Positions 55,638-64,000 of a DNA stretch of 64,000 nucleotides are shown in pieces; the stretch's first letter is position 1; each line of letters begins with the position of its first letter. Where the stretch lies: IMG/VR virus record IMGVR_UViG_3300042380_000637, positions 3,921 to 67,920 of that record; one strand, 5' to 3'. The translations under genes and the position numbers were made by a program. Below the pieces are notes generated by a model. That model was given only the letters and a program-made list of their open reading frames with translations. It searched no databases and was not told the origin of the DNA. This DNA comes from a virus.

Positions 55638-58600
55638 TTAACACTTTTTAGTAAGAATTTCCTTTTCCTGAAGGGCTTTTGTAATTTTCGTAAAGTTAGC
55701 AGATATTTCTTTCATAGCATCATAGGCAAGTTGCCCGTGCTTCTCTATAAAAGCCGCCTTTGCTTCTTTCATTTTTCCACGGTCTGCGGATATAGCATCA
55801 AACTCTGAAAACGTGGGAGCAACCTTTGCAGATGGGGTTGGCGTTTCGGCCTTCACTTCGGTTTTTACCTCGGTTTTTACCTCTTGCTTCCCAGTCGTTT
55901 TTGTTTCTTCCGCACCAAGCATTTGCGCATAAATCTTGCGCATCTCCTTATTAAGCTTGACATCTATTGGGCTACCCTTAATCCCTTTATAAATATCCCC
56001 AAGCCACTGCTTGAACTTTTCAAAAACTTTGGAAAGAGCCTCGTTTGGCGACTTGCCCTCCGCAAGATACTTTTCAAATCCTCTTGCAAAATATTCGCTT
56101 GTCTCTGTGTTCCACTCTTTAGTTCCAGCGCTTTTTAATACAGTGTCTTTTTCAGCATCGCTAAGATAGTGTTCGTATACATGAGCCAGTTCGTGAAGAG
56201 GGGTTGAAACATTTGGGTTGGTAAGGGCGTATATAACCGCCTGTCCATCCATGCCCACCATAACAGCACCCCTTGCTTTGTTTGCATCCTTTTGAAATTT
56301 AATTACATCCTCAATGTTTATAGCGTTTTCATCAAAGATTACATAGTTAAAGCCACGAGCATTATCACTGGTTCTTCCTGCTGCTATACTTTCGGCAGGA
56401 TATTTTATACCATCTATACCGGCTCTTAATAAAAACTTTGATGTTTGCTCGGCAGATGCAATAGCATTTTTTAGTTCATTATAAAAGGCTCCTGCATCAG
56501 AATATAAACCATTAACCCCATTAAGAGTTTCTTTAAGTCTTCCCTCAATATTTGGAAAATTATTTATACCCTCTTTTGCAGCTTGATTTTTTATCTTTTT
56601 AAGGTTGGCTATACTTATTGGTTTATCCCATTCAAGGAATGTATATTCATTATTGTCATTTATCCAAGATAACGCTTCCTCTTTAGAGTTAAACCTTTTT
56701 TCGGGTGTAACTCTTTCAAGGTCGTCTAACATCCCTTGCGTTCCAGTTCCAACAGTTTTTTCTACTTCTCCTATAATAGGAGCATTATCTCCTTTTGCTT
56801 TGGCTTCGTGATATTTTTTTGCTTTATGTTGTGAATTTGCAGCTATCCATGCATTTACGCCATCTTCACTAACCTCCAAAAATGCTTCCTTCATTTGATT
56901 TATAGATTTGCTGTTTTCTTCCAAAGAATCAAACAGTTCTCTAATTTCATCAAACTTAGATTTAAACTTTTTTAGCTCTTGTTTAAAATTTATTTCACTC
57001 CTTATATTAGTCTTATTTATGCGCTCCATTTCCTCTGTAATTGAGGCTTGGAGAGGTTTTATTTTTTTTGCAATATCTAAATCGTTTTCACTTTCTACTA
57101 AATATTGCAAATCATTTAAGTTTTGCCTTAAAGCTCCAGTGATATGTTTTAATACAAGAAACTTTTCGCCATCATCAAATGAATCTCGCAATGCTTTGGC
57201 GGTTGCCTCAACAGACGATAATGGATAGGGGTTTCTATGTACTTGCTCCCATGTCTGAGAATCGTATACATTCCATTTTTGGTCAAGCGATTGTATAGGG
57301 GCAACAACATAACGCTTCTTTCCAGCAAAAAGGTTCGCCTTGTAAACCGCCTTTTTGCCTATATCCCCAAGAACATCTTTGTTGTTTATAATTGCTTTTA
57401 TAATTGATGGCGGGAATAATTTACTTGATGGTTTAACTCCCGGAAAACGAGCTACATTGCCTAACACATCTGCAATGTGAGCAAGAATCTGCCTATCAGT
57501 TTTTTGAAACTCATTGGCAGTGGCTTCATACATTGCATCTATAAGATTTTCGCTTTTGCCATTATCATAAAAATCTTCAACTATTACTGATTTTGCTTTA
57601 GCAATGTCGCTGTCAAGATTTTGATTGCTTACGCTGTTTGCATAATATGTAGCAATATCTTGCAAGTCAGTAAAATACAATCCCCATCCAAATGCTTGCG
57701 CTCCTTCGCCCGTATCTATGTTTTCAAGCAAGAACTTTGCAAACTGATAGGGCGAACCATGCCACGCATCTAATTGGAGTTTTACGCCTTTAGGAAGCCC
57801 CTTTGCTGTTGCTTTGCGGAACTCCAGTTTAGCATACATTTCTTCTTTTGTCACTCCGGCTCGCTTTGCCATCTGCCCAATCATGGAATCCATAACAGTA
57901 GCAGCGGCACTTGCCTTCTCTTTATCTAATCCAAATAGCTCTTCATTAACTTTTGTCAAAGACTTGACATCGTTTGCAGAAACGCTTTCGGATTTTGTTT
58001 CGGTTTTTGTTTCCGCTTTTTCTTGAGCATTCCTAAATGCATCTCGTATATCGGCATATCCGGTTGGTTGTTTGTCAGATGGAAGCATATTAACTAACAC
58101 ATCTTCTAAAAATGAATTAGCCTTGCTTGCCGTTTTATTTTTATTTACATCGTTCCATCCATCAACATAAATCTGACGAGACTTTTCTCCTTCCGGGTCT
58201 CTTGAAACCAACTCGTTTATTAGATAGTTGCCGTATGCAATTTCTTTTTCAGTGCCACCACTTATTGTTGTTGGCTGCTTTTGTTCTTTTTTTGCTTCCG
58301 GTTTTTTCTCCTCAGCTTTAGCTTTTTCGGATTCCGCTCTTTGCCTTGCGCGTTCTTTTTCAAAAGCGTTGATAAGATTGTCCAGCTTTTGAATCTCCGC
58401 ATTTACACCATCAAGTTCTTTTTGAGCTTTGCCAGAAAGTTTCTTGCCACCCATTTGTTTAACAAGGGCATCGGCGGTAATTCTTAATGTTGCACGCTTT
58501 GCATATGCATCTTGTATAGCAGTTGGCATTTTAGCAGCGCCCTTATTCTCTGATTCTGGTTTTACTTCAGCTTTTGTTTCCGGTTTTGTTTCTGATTGTT

Positions 58601-61163
58601 TTTTTGTTTCGGCTGGCTTAGTTGATGTCGCAGTCTTGCCCTCTTCCATCATATTATACCTAAGAACAAACTTTTCTACTGCATCTTTCTTTTGGGCAAA
58701 CTTATCTCCGGCAGCATCCACCCACACCTTCTCCTTCTTGTCAAAGGTCATCTTGCCAATCACTTTACCTTTGTATACGGCTTCGTATACGCCATCTGTG
58801 GCGTGCGTTTTGCCTTTGCGTATTTCTACATCCGCCGCCTTCACTTCTTTCGCTGCAGGCTTTGTAGCTGCTGTTGTTGTAGATTTCGCCTTTTTATCTG
58901 GTTTAGAGGTAGCGGGCTGTTGTGAAGCTGCGGTTTCAGTCACCACTTCCGCTTGTTCAACAACTGGAGCAGCTTCTGTTGCAGGAGCATTTGCAGGAGC
59001 AACCACTTGAGCCGGAGCCGCTGCTGGTGTAGCTCCTGTAGATAGTCCTGTAGTGGGCGCAACTTGTGGCCCAGCTATGGTTTCTCTTTCCTTTATAAGG
59101 TCTTGCCTTTCCTCTGGGCTAAGAAGCCTATCATTATTCTGCGCGAAAAATGCGTCATCATCTGCAAGCAGCTCGTCTATTTCGGCTAACCTTTCCTCCC
59201 CTTCCGCCTCTTGAAATACTCCACCATCGCCAGCCGCTTCTTGGCCTGCTCCTTGCTGAGATTCGGTTGGCTCAGATTCTTTCCCGCCTCCGACTTCACT
59301 TGATACCCCTGCTGCGTCTTGACTATCATTTTGTGCTTTCTCTCTGTATTGTTTTTGTAAAACATTAAAACTATTCCGAAAATCGTCTGCAATCTTTTGA
59401 TTGAATTCGGGTGCGTTTGGTGTAATAGCCATGCGCACCTCCTCTGCAGATATGCCATTCAATTCTGCTACATCATCAAGGGCTACATTATATAGCTTCT
59501 GATTTTCAACGGCTACAATATGCTTGTTAAAAGCATCTGTCACCATCTCTGCGTATAATGGGTTTGTGCCTTTAAGTTTCTCTAAATGGCTTGGGTCTTC
59601 AATCGCTATATCAACATCCGTAACAATATCGCTTGCGCGTGTGGGGGTGATAACTCCTTTTTTATAATTGTCAAACTCCTCTTGTGTCACTTCGCTGAAC
59701 ATCGCTTCTGGACCGCTTGGAAGAGCCTCCGGCGTGCGTGCTTGTGGCAAGCCTAATAGCTCTTGTTTTTTATTCCCGATGTCTCCAAGCGCACGCAGAG
59801 CTTTTATATAGCTTCCTTCTGCTCCCCCTTCTAAGGTTACTTCTTTCCAGTCTATCTTGCCCTCTGTCTTCAACTGTGCCAATGCTTCTCCTCCAGCCCC
59901 GGCGGTTATATCCATTGCATCTATAACATCCAGTGACTTGCCCAGTTTTGTTTTAGAGAATGCGCTTCCCACCTGCGCTGCTCGTTCAGCCATTTTTACG
60001 GCTGCTCTTGCAGGGGCCGTTTGTGCTGCTGCTCTTGCCGATTGTTGTAGAACGCGTCCTATAGCTGTTTTGGCAACAGGCTTTGACATAGCTGCTCTGC
60101 GTAGTGTTCCTATAACTTTACCGCCTATTCCGCTTGCAGCAATGTCTACGCCCATAATAATTCCGGCCCTTGTGTTGGCCTTTTCGTATATAGGCTTCAT
60201 TAGCTGCTTATTTGCAAACGCATCATCAAGCTGTTTTTTTAATGTGGCTTCGTCTGCATTTGGGTCAATTGCTCCCTTTTCCGTAAGCTCGTCTATAACG
60301 CTGCTTGCAAATTCTAAGTTATATCCCTGCTGCACCATAGCCACCTGCGCGCCCCTTCCCGCTCCTGTTATAGCACCAGCAACTGCGCCCGGAGCAGCAC
60401 CAATACCACCAGCAGCTAAGCCTGTAGCAGCACCGTATCCAGCTCCAGCTGCCGCTCCAGCTGCTGTCATTCCAAGCATCTTTTTTCCGCCAGCGGCAAC
60501 CATGCTTGAAAAAGAACCAACAATTGCTGGACCAAGCATAAGAGCAAGGTCTGCAGCATCTTTTAATACTCCTTCATCTTTTGCATATTCTGCTTCTATC
60601 TGTATATCGCCTACCTCATGCGCTTTTTTCAGGTAATGGGCAAGGTTTTTCGTGTCCACCTTGCCCATAAGAAAATCCTCCACCTGCGCCCCTTCCTGCG
60701 CCTTTCCGGTGTATATGTCTCTTTTTACTGTATTGTAAAAATCTTTTCCATATCCATATACGGATTTTGCAAAGCCTTTTATTTGACCAAAGAATCCTTC
60801 ATCCTCCTTTGTTACTTCCGGTGCGGCAGTGGGCTTTTCTACTGCGCTAAAATCATAAACCTCTGCTTGGCCTTTAGCAGGAAGATAAGTGCCAGCAAAT
60901 TGTTCTGGACTTATTCCAAACCCGCGCTCATTAAGGTCGGTAAGTAGTGCGTTCTGAAACTCTTCGTCTCCAGTTAAAAGCGAATTGAATTTTTTATACC
61001 CAATTTTTTTATACTCATCACTGAATCCGGGTTCTTTTAAACTTAGTATATCGTTATACAATTGTACGGATGGAGCTACTTTAGGAAGTTTTTCTTTCTT
61101 CCCTCCGTCTCCATCTACTTGAGATACAACTTGTTGTTCTTCGATTTCTAAATTCTCAGCCAT
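55638..61163 (-). CDS. large polyvalent virion protein with ADP-ribosyltransferase-like and zincin-like domains
   Basis: AWHGSP...GEGAQAFGWGLYFT and GIDGIKY...NYVIFD; HELAH...EYFARGFEKYL; N-terminal Gly/Ala hydrophobic segments. Confidence 0.75.
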   Translation of the reverse strand: MAENLEIEEQQVVSQVDGDGGKKEKLPKVAPSVQLYNDILSLKEPGFSDEYKKIGYKKFNSLLTGDEEFQNALLTDLNERGFGISPEQFAGTYLPAKGQAEVYDFSAVEKPTAAPEVTKEDEGFFGQIKGFAKSVYGYGKDFYNTVKRDIYTGKAQEGAQVEDFLMGKVDTKNLAHYLKKAHEVGDIQIEAEYAKDEGVLKDAADLALMLGPAIVGSFSSMVAAGGKKMLGMTAAGAAAGAGYGAATGLAAGGIGAAPGAVAGAITGAGRGAQVAMVQQGYNLEFASSVIDELTEKGAIDPNADEATLKKQLDDAFANKQLMKPIYEKANTRAGIIMGVDIAASGIGGKVIGTLRRAAMSKPVAKTAIGRVLQQSARAAAQTAPARAAVKMAERAAQVGSAFSKTKLGKSLDVIDAMDITAGAGGEALAQLKTEGKIDWKEVTLEGGAEGSYIKALRALGDIGNKKQELLGLPQARTPEALPSGPEAMFSEVTQEEFDNYKKGVITPTRASDIVTDVDIAIEDPSHLEKLKGTNPLYAEMVTDAFNKHIVAVENQKLYNVALDDVAELNGISAEEVRMAITPNAPEFNQKIADDFRNSFNVLQKQYREKAQNDSQDAAGVSSEVGGGKESEPTESQQGAGQEAAGDGGVFQEAEGEERLAEIDELLADDDAFFAQNNDRLLSPEERQDLIKERETIAGPQVAPTTGLSTGATPAAAPAQVVAPANAPATEAAPVVEQAEVVTETAASQQPATSKPDKKAKSTTTAATKPAAKEVKAADVEIRKGKTHATDGVYEAVYKGKVIGKMTFDKKEKVWVDAAGDKFAQKKDAVEKFVLRYNMMEEGKTATSTKPAETKKQSETKPETKAEVKPESENKGAAKMPTAIQDAYAKRATLRITADALVKQMGGKKLSGKAQKELDGVNAEIQKLDNLINAFEKERARQRAESEKAKAEEKKPEAKKEQKQPTTISGGTEKEIAYGNYLINELVSRDPEGEKSRQIYVDGWNDVNKNKTASKANSFLEDVLVNMLPSDKQPTGYADIRDAFRNAQEKAETKTETKSESVSANDVKSLTKVNEELFGLDKEKASAAATVMDSMIGQMAKRAGVTKEEMYAKLEFRKATAKGLPKGVKLQLDAWHGSPYQFAKFLLENIDTGEGAQAFGWGLYFTDLQDIATYYANSVSNQNLDSDIAKAKSVIVEDFYDNGKSENLIDAMYEATANEFQKTDRQILAHIADVLGNVARFPGVKPSSKLFPPSIIKAIINNKDVLGDIGKKAVYKANLFAGKKRYVVAPIQSLDQKWNVYDSQTWEQVHRNPYPLSSVEATAKALRDSFDDGEKFLVLKHITGALRQNLNDLQYLVESENDLDIAKKIKPLQASITEEMERINKTNIRSEINFKQELKKFKSKFDEIRELFDSLEENSKSINQMKEAFLEVSEDGVNAWIAANSQHKAKKYHEAKAKGDNAPIIGEVEKTVGTGTQGMLDDLERVTPEKRFNSKEEALSWINDNNEYTFLEWDKPISIANLKKIKNQAAKEGINNFPNIEGRLKETLNGVNGLYSDAGAFYNELKNAIASAEQTSKFLLRAGIDGIKYPAESIAAGRTSDNARGFNYVIFDENAINIEDVIKFQKDANKARGAVMVGMDGQAVIYALTNPNVSTPLHELAHVYEHYLSDAEKDTVLKSAGTKEWNTETSEYFARGFEKYLAEGKSPNEALSKVFEKFKQWLGDIYKGIKGSPIDVKLNKEMRKIYAQMLGAEETKTTGKQEVKTEVKTEVKAETPTPSAKVAPTFSEFDAISADRGKMKEAKAAFIEKHGQLAYDAMKEISANFTKITKALQEKEILTKKC

Positions 61164-61170
61164 ATAATCT

Positions 61171-62901
61171 TTACTTTCTCTTTTTTGCAACAGTTATTGA
61201 ACTGTTCCTTTTTGGAACATTTACAGGCTCAAGCTCGCCTTCAAACTTGCTTAACACTTGTTGATTATCATCAGTGGATAAAACAACTTTTACGCCTTTT
61301 ATTGCTTCTTTATCCATTTGTATTTTGTTCCTTGCTTTTTCCGGCATTGTTTTTAAATACTCATAAAGTTCAACAATTGCATAATTCCTACCTATTGGCA
61401 CGGCCCCCGGAGTCCCTATTGGCATTATATGCCCTTTAGGTCTATAGCCAACACTGCCTCCTTTTGTTGTAAACTTGCTATTCATATTGGTTGCATAAAC
61501 CTCATCTGTTAGCAATGTTAAATTTTGTGTTTCAAAAGGCATTTCCGTTGTATAGCTTCCATCTTGGTTTCTTATGCCAAGTTGTTGTTTCACTGTAGAT
61601 GGGATAGCTCCAATAAAATACATACGAGTTCCAGTGTTAAATTGGAATGTATCGTCTTTTGGAAGCGTTTTAGTTAAACCATTTCCTAAGTTAACCTTGC
61701 CTTTATCTATAACAACTGGTTGTTTATCAGCTCCAACAACCTCAGTTTCTCCATATTGAGAAGGTGTTACAGAATTGTAAGAAATATACTGATTAACTGG
61801 GCCTCTCCGAGATGTTGTGCTTGCTTGTTTTACCCCTCTTTCTTCAAGCCTTTTCTTCTCTTCAGTAGCTTGAAGATTTTGTGTTGTTTCAAACTTACCC
61901 TTGCCAGCAAACATTCTTTGCAATACAGCATTTTGGGCTGCAGGCATCACCTTTGCTTCAATCAATTTTTTTTGCGTTGCGTCAAGCGCATTCACATTAT
62001 AATTAGAAGCCAAAAGAGCATCCACAGCATCTGATGCGTTTTTATCCCCTGTGGCATTTGCTGCAGATTTTAAATATTGCGTTGTAGCCAGATTGAACAT
62101 CTTGCTGTCTTCGCTATCTGCATTAATTGCAAGTTTTAACTTTTCGGTATCTAAGTTTCCCTTTTCCGTATACAAATTATCTCTGCTAATGGCGATGCCT
62201 TGTCCATCCGGCATAACCACTTGCCTGCTCGTCTGTCCAAGCACATCATATATGCGCTGACCAAAACGATTAAGGTCAATGCTATTTGGGTTGTTCTTGA
62301 TTCTATTTGCGTAAAAGTCGGTGAAGCTATTGTTAATAACCAATTTATCGCGCAGCTGTTGAATTTGTTGCGGGTCTGTGATATTGTTTTGCTGGGCATA
62401 TTGTTTTGCCCCGACATCCATAGTGGCAAGATATTCTTTTTCTGCATCCACTATATCACGCGTACCAGTGTTATATCCAAGTTTATATACATCCTCCTGC
62501 ACCTTGGGTAGTGTAGCATTTACATTTTTTACATATGTATTGCTCGCATTTGCAGAAAGTGCTTGCTCTCCAAGCTTTTGCTGTTTCTCTTCTGGATTAA
62601 GATTGAGCCATTTTTGTGTAAGGTCTGTATATCCTTGTTGAATTTTACTTGTATTCCACCCTCCAAGAACACCTCCTTCAATCTGGCTAACATTTATTGG
62701 AGTTTTGTCATACTCCACTTCTTTTTGTTTAGCCTGAGCCTTCTTAGCATCCGAATACATTTTTAACCTTTGCAGGTTGTCCATTCTGCTGCTAAGTCTT
62801 GCCAAACTTTGCACGACAGGCTCATTGCCCAGCACCACTGCCTTTCCGGTTCCTTCTACTCCTCTTGGGACAAGTTCTAACGCTGATAAATTATCTGCCA
62901 T
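61171..62901 (-). CDS. putative internal virion protein
   Basis: 576-aa Q/K/N-rich ORF in the structural module. Confidence 0.6.
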   Translation of the reverse strand: MADNLSALELVPRGVEGTGKAVVLGNEPVVQSLARLSSRMDNLQRLKMYSDAKKAQAKQKEVEYDKTPINVSQIEGGVLGGWNTSKIQQGYTDLTQKWLNLNPEEKQQKLGEQALSANASNTYVKNVNATLPKVQEDVYKLGYNTGTRDIVDAEKEYLATMDVGAKQYAQQNNITDPQQIQQLRDKLVINNSFTDFYANRIKNNPNSIDLNRFGQRIYDVLGQTSRQVVMPDGQGIAISRDNLYTEKGNLDTEKLKLAINADSEDSKMFNLATTQYLKSAANATGDKNASDAVDALLASNYNVNALDATQKKLIEAKVMPAAQNAVLQRMFAGKGKFETTQNLQATEEKKRLEERGVKQASTTSRRGPVNQYISYNSVTPSQYGETEVVGADKQPVVIDKGKVNLGNGLTKTLPKDDTFQFNTGTRMYFIGAIPSTVKQQLGIRNQDGSYTTEMPFETQNLTLLTDEVYATNMNSKFTTKGGSVGYRPKGHIMPIGTPGAVPIGRNYAIVELYEYLKTMPEKARNKIQMDKEAIKGVKVVLSTDDNQQVLSKFEGELEPVNVPKRNSSITVAKKRK

Positions 62902-62906
62902 ATATA

Positions 62907-63659
62907 TTAGAAATATGCGTTCCTATATCCTCTTGTTCTATCTATTATTTTAACAATGTCCTGCGTTTTCTTTCTGTTCTTTTTACGCCAAGCATAACGA
63001 TACTCTTCCACATAGTTTGCCTTGTGTATAAGAAATCGCTGGTCGCCGCGATTTTCAAAATACTTCATTTTTACAAACTCTTTGAAAGCGGTAATAAAAT
63101 AAGGATGAATACAAGTTTCTGCTCCCGGCTCCAAACAATTGCTCATGTATTTTAAAACAATGTTTGTATAGGCAAATGTAGGACTTAATATAAGCCTCCT
63201 GTTCTCCCAGTCAATATTAAAATCGCCGTAGTCGCCGCCGTTACCATATGCTTGTACTTGGCCCATTGGACCCCACAAGCTCGTCCCAAGCCCCCAAAGA
63301 TTTCCCCAATACCAAATCATATTATCGCTGCGTGTAAGCAGCCCTGTTTGTGGTTTTATCCTGTGGTTTGTAAGATGGCCGTTTATAGCAAGAGCCTTTA
63401 TGTATCTTCCAAGTTGTGTCCCTACAGTAATAAACTCAACAAAGTCATTGGGAAGGGCTACAGTTTTAAATCCGGTTTGACTAAAATCATAATAGATAGT
63501 TTTCTGCTCATTGGCTATTCCGGTGCGTCCATCCTGACGGATAATCCGTATAAAATCAAGCGCAAAGGATTTAAACCTCGTGCTTTCATATGTTGGAACC
63601 CCCAACTCAAGCATTGCTATATCGGCAAGCTCATTTACATTTTGTACTATGTTTGCCAT
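62907..63659 (-). CDS. putative tail ring/tubular protein
   Basis: VALPNDFVEFITVG, IVLKYMSN, IHPYFITAF pattern seen in crAss-like ring proteins. Confidence 0.65.
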   Translation of the reverse strand: MANIVQNVNELADIAMLELGVPTYESTRFKSFALDFIRIIRQDGRTGIANEQKTIYYDFSQTGFKTVALPNDFVEFITVGTQLGRYIKALAINGHLTNHRIKPQTGLLTRSDNMIWYWGNLWGLGTSLWGPMGQVQAYGNGGDYGDFNIDWENRRLILSPTFAYTNIVLKYMSNCLEPGAETCIHPYFITAFKEFVKMKYFENRGDQRFLIHKANYVEEYRYAWRKKNRKKTQDIVKIIDRTRGYRNAYF

Positions 63660-64000
63660 TATGTATTAAAGTCTGGGTTTTCGTTTGTGACCATATCCGG
63701 TTTAACACGATAGCGCATTTGCAAAATTGGCATCACCTTAGCAAAAACTAAGAATGCCTGAGCATCTGTTATAGTGGCATCGTTTGAAAGCGCAAGCGTA
63801 GCAAGAATTTCCGTGAATTTTATTTTCTCATTGCATGCAGGGAGAATGACAATCTTTCCGGCTACAACTGAATAAAAATATTTTCCAGCAAAATATAACA
63901 AAGTGCCGGATTTTAATGCCGGATAGCGCTCCCATTCTACTTGGTCAAGTCTTACGCCCTCGGCCATAATTGAGACAACGCCTTTGTTTTTAGGAAGAAC
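63659..64000 (-). CDS. structural protein, 5'-truncated by the window edge
   Basis: frame stays open to position 64000 (VLPKNKGVVSIMAEG...). Confidence 0.6.
   Translation of the reverse strand, partial: VLPKNKGVVSIMAEGVRLDQVEWERYPALKSGTLLYFAGKYFYSVVAGKIVILPACNEKIKFTEILATLALSNDATITDAQAFLVFAKVMPILQMRYRVKPDMVTNENPDFNT

Noticed and set aside
49532-62901. Virion RNA polymerase subunits as in crAss-like phages
   Set aside because: No DxDxD catalytic motif in a polymerase context was recognised; the motifs fit polyvalent proteins.
1-64000. Stop-codon reassignment as in some crAss-like phages
   Set aside because: Long genes are intact and densely packed under the standard code.

Overview
This window is part of a double-stranded DNA phage genome, most likely a podovirus-like phage of Bacteroidota. 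Host evidence: repeated TAnnTTTG promoters with an upstream TTTG, AT-rich starts without Shine-Dalgarno motifs, and a BT4734-type primase. It has five blocks. (1) 1-3.1 kb: minus-strand small genes, including a RepL-like HTH. (2) 3.2-4.0 kb: a non-coding, repeat-rich strand-switch region. (3) 4.0-12.9 kb: a plus-strand, probably early region with a MoxR-type AAA+ ATPase, a vWA-like partner and about 20 small ORFs. (4) 13-25.4 kb: replication, recombination and accessory genes (MazG-like, HNH, NinB-like, primase-helicase, iteron-containing replisome organiser, SSB-like, Gp157, metallophosphoesterase, two LytTR-like, DUF3310). (5) 25.3-64 kb: minus-strand lysis and virion module (CHAP endolysin, holin/spanin-like, tail fibre, crAss-like capsid/scaffold/portal order, tail stabiliser, two giant polyvalent proteins flanking a ferritin). 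The most notable feature is eight 51-69 nt tRNA-like elements in the early region. Each has a 7-bp acceptor stem and a canonical T-arm, no canonical D or anticodon arm, and compensatory base changes. Each sits just after a stop codon and is followed by a co-varying hairpin and the next gene, suggesting a tRNA-mimic punctuation/cassette system. All protein calls come from reading motifs by eye; no database search was run.
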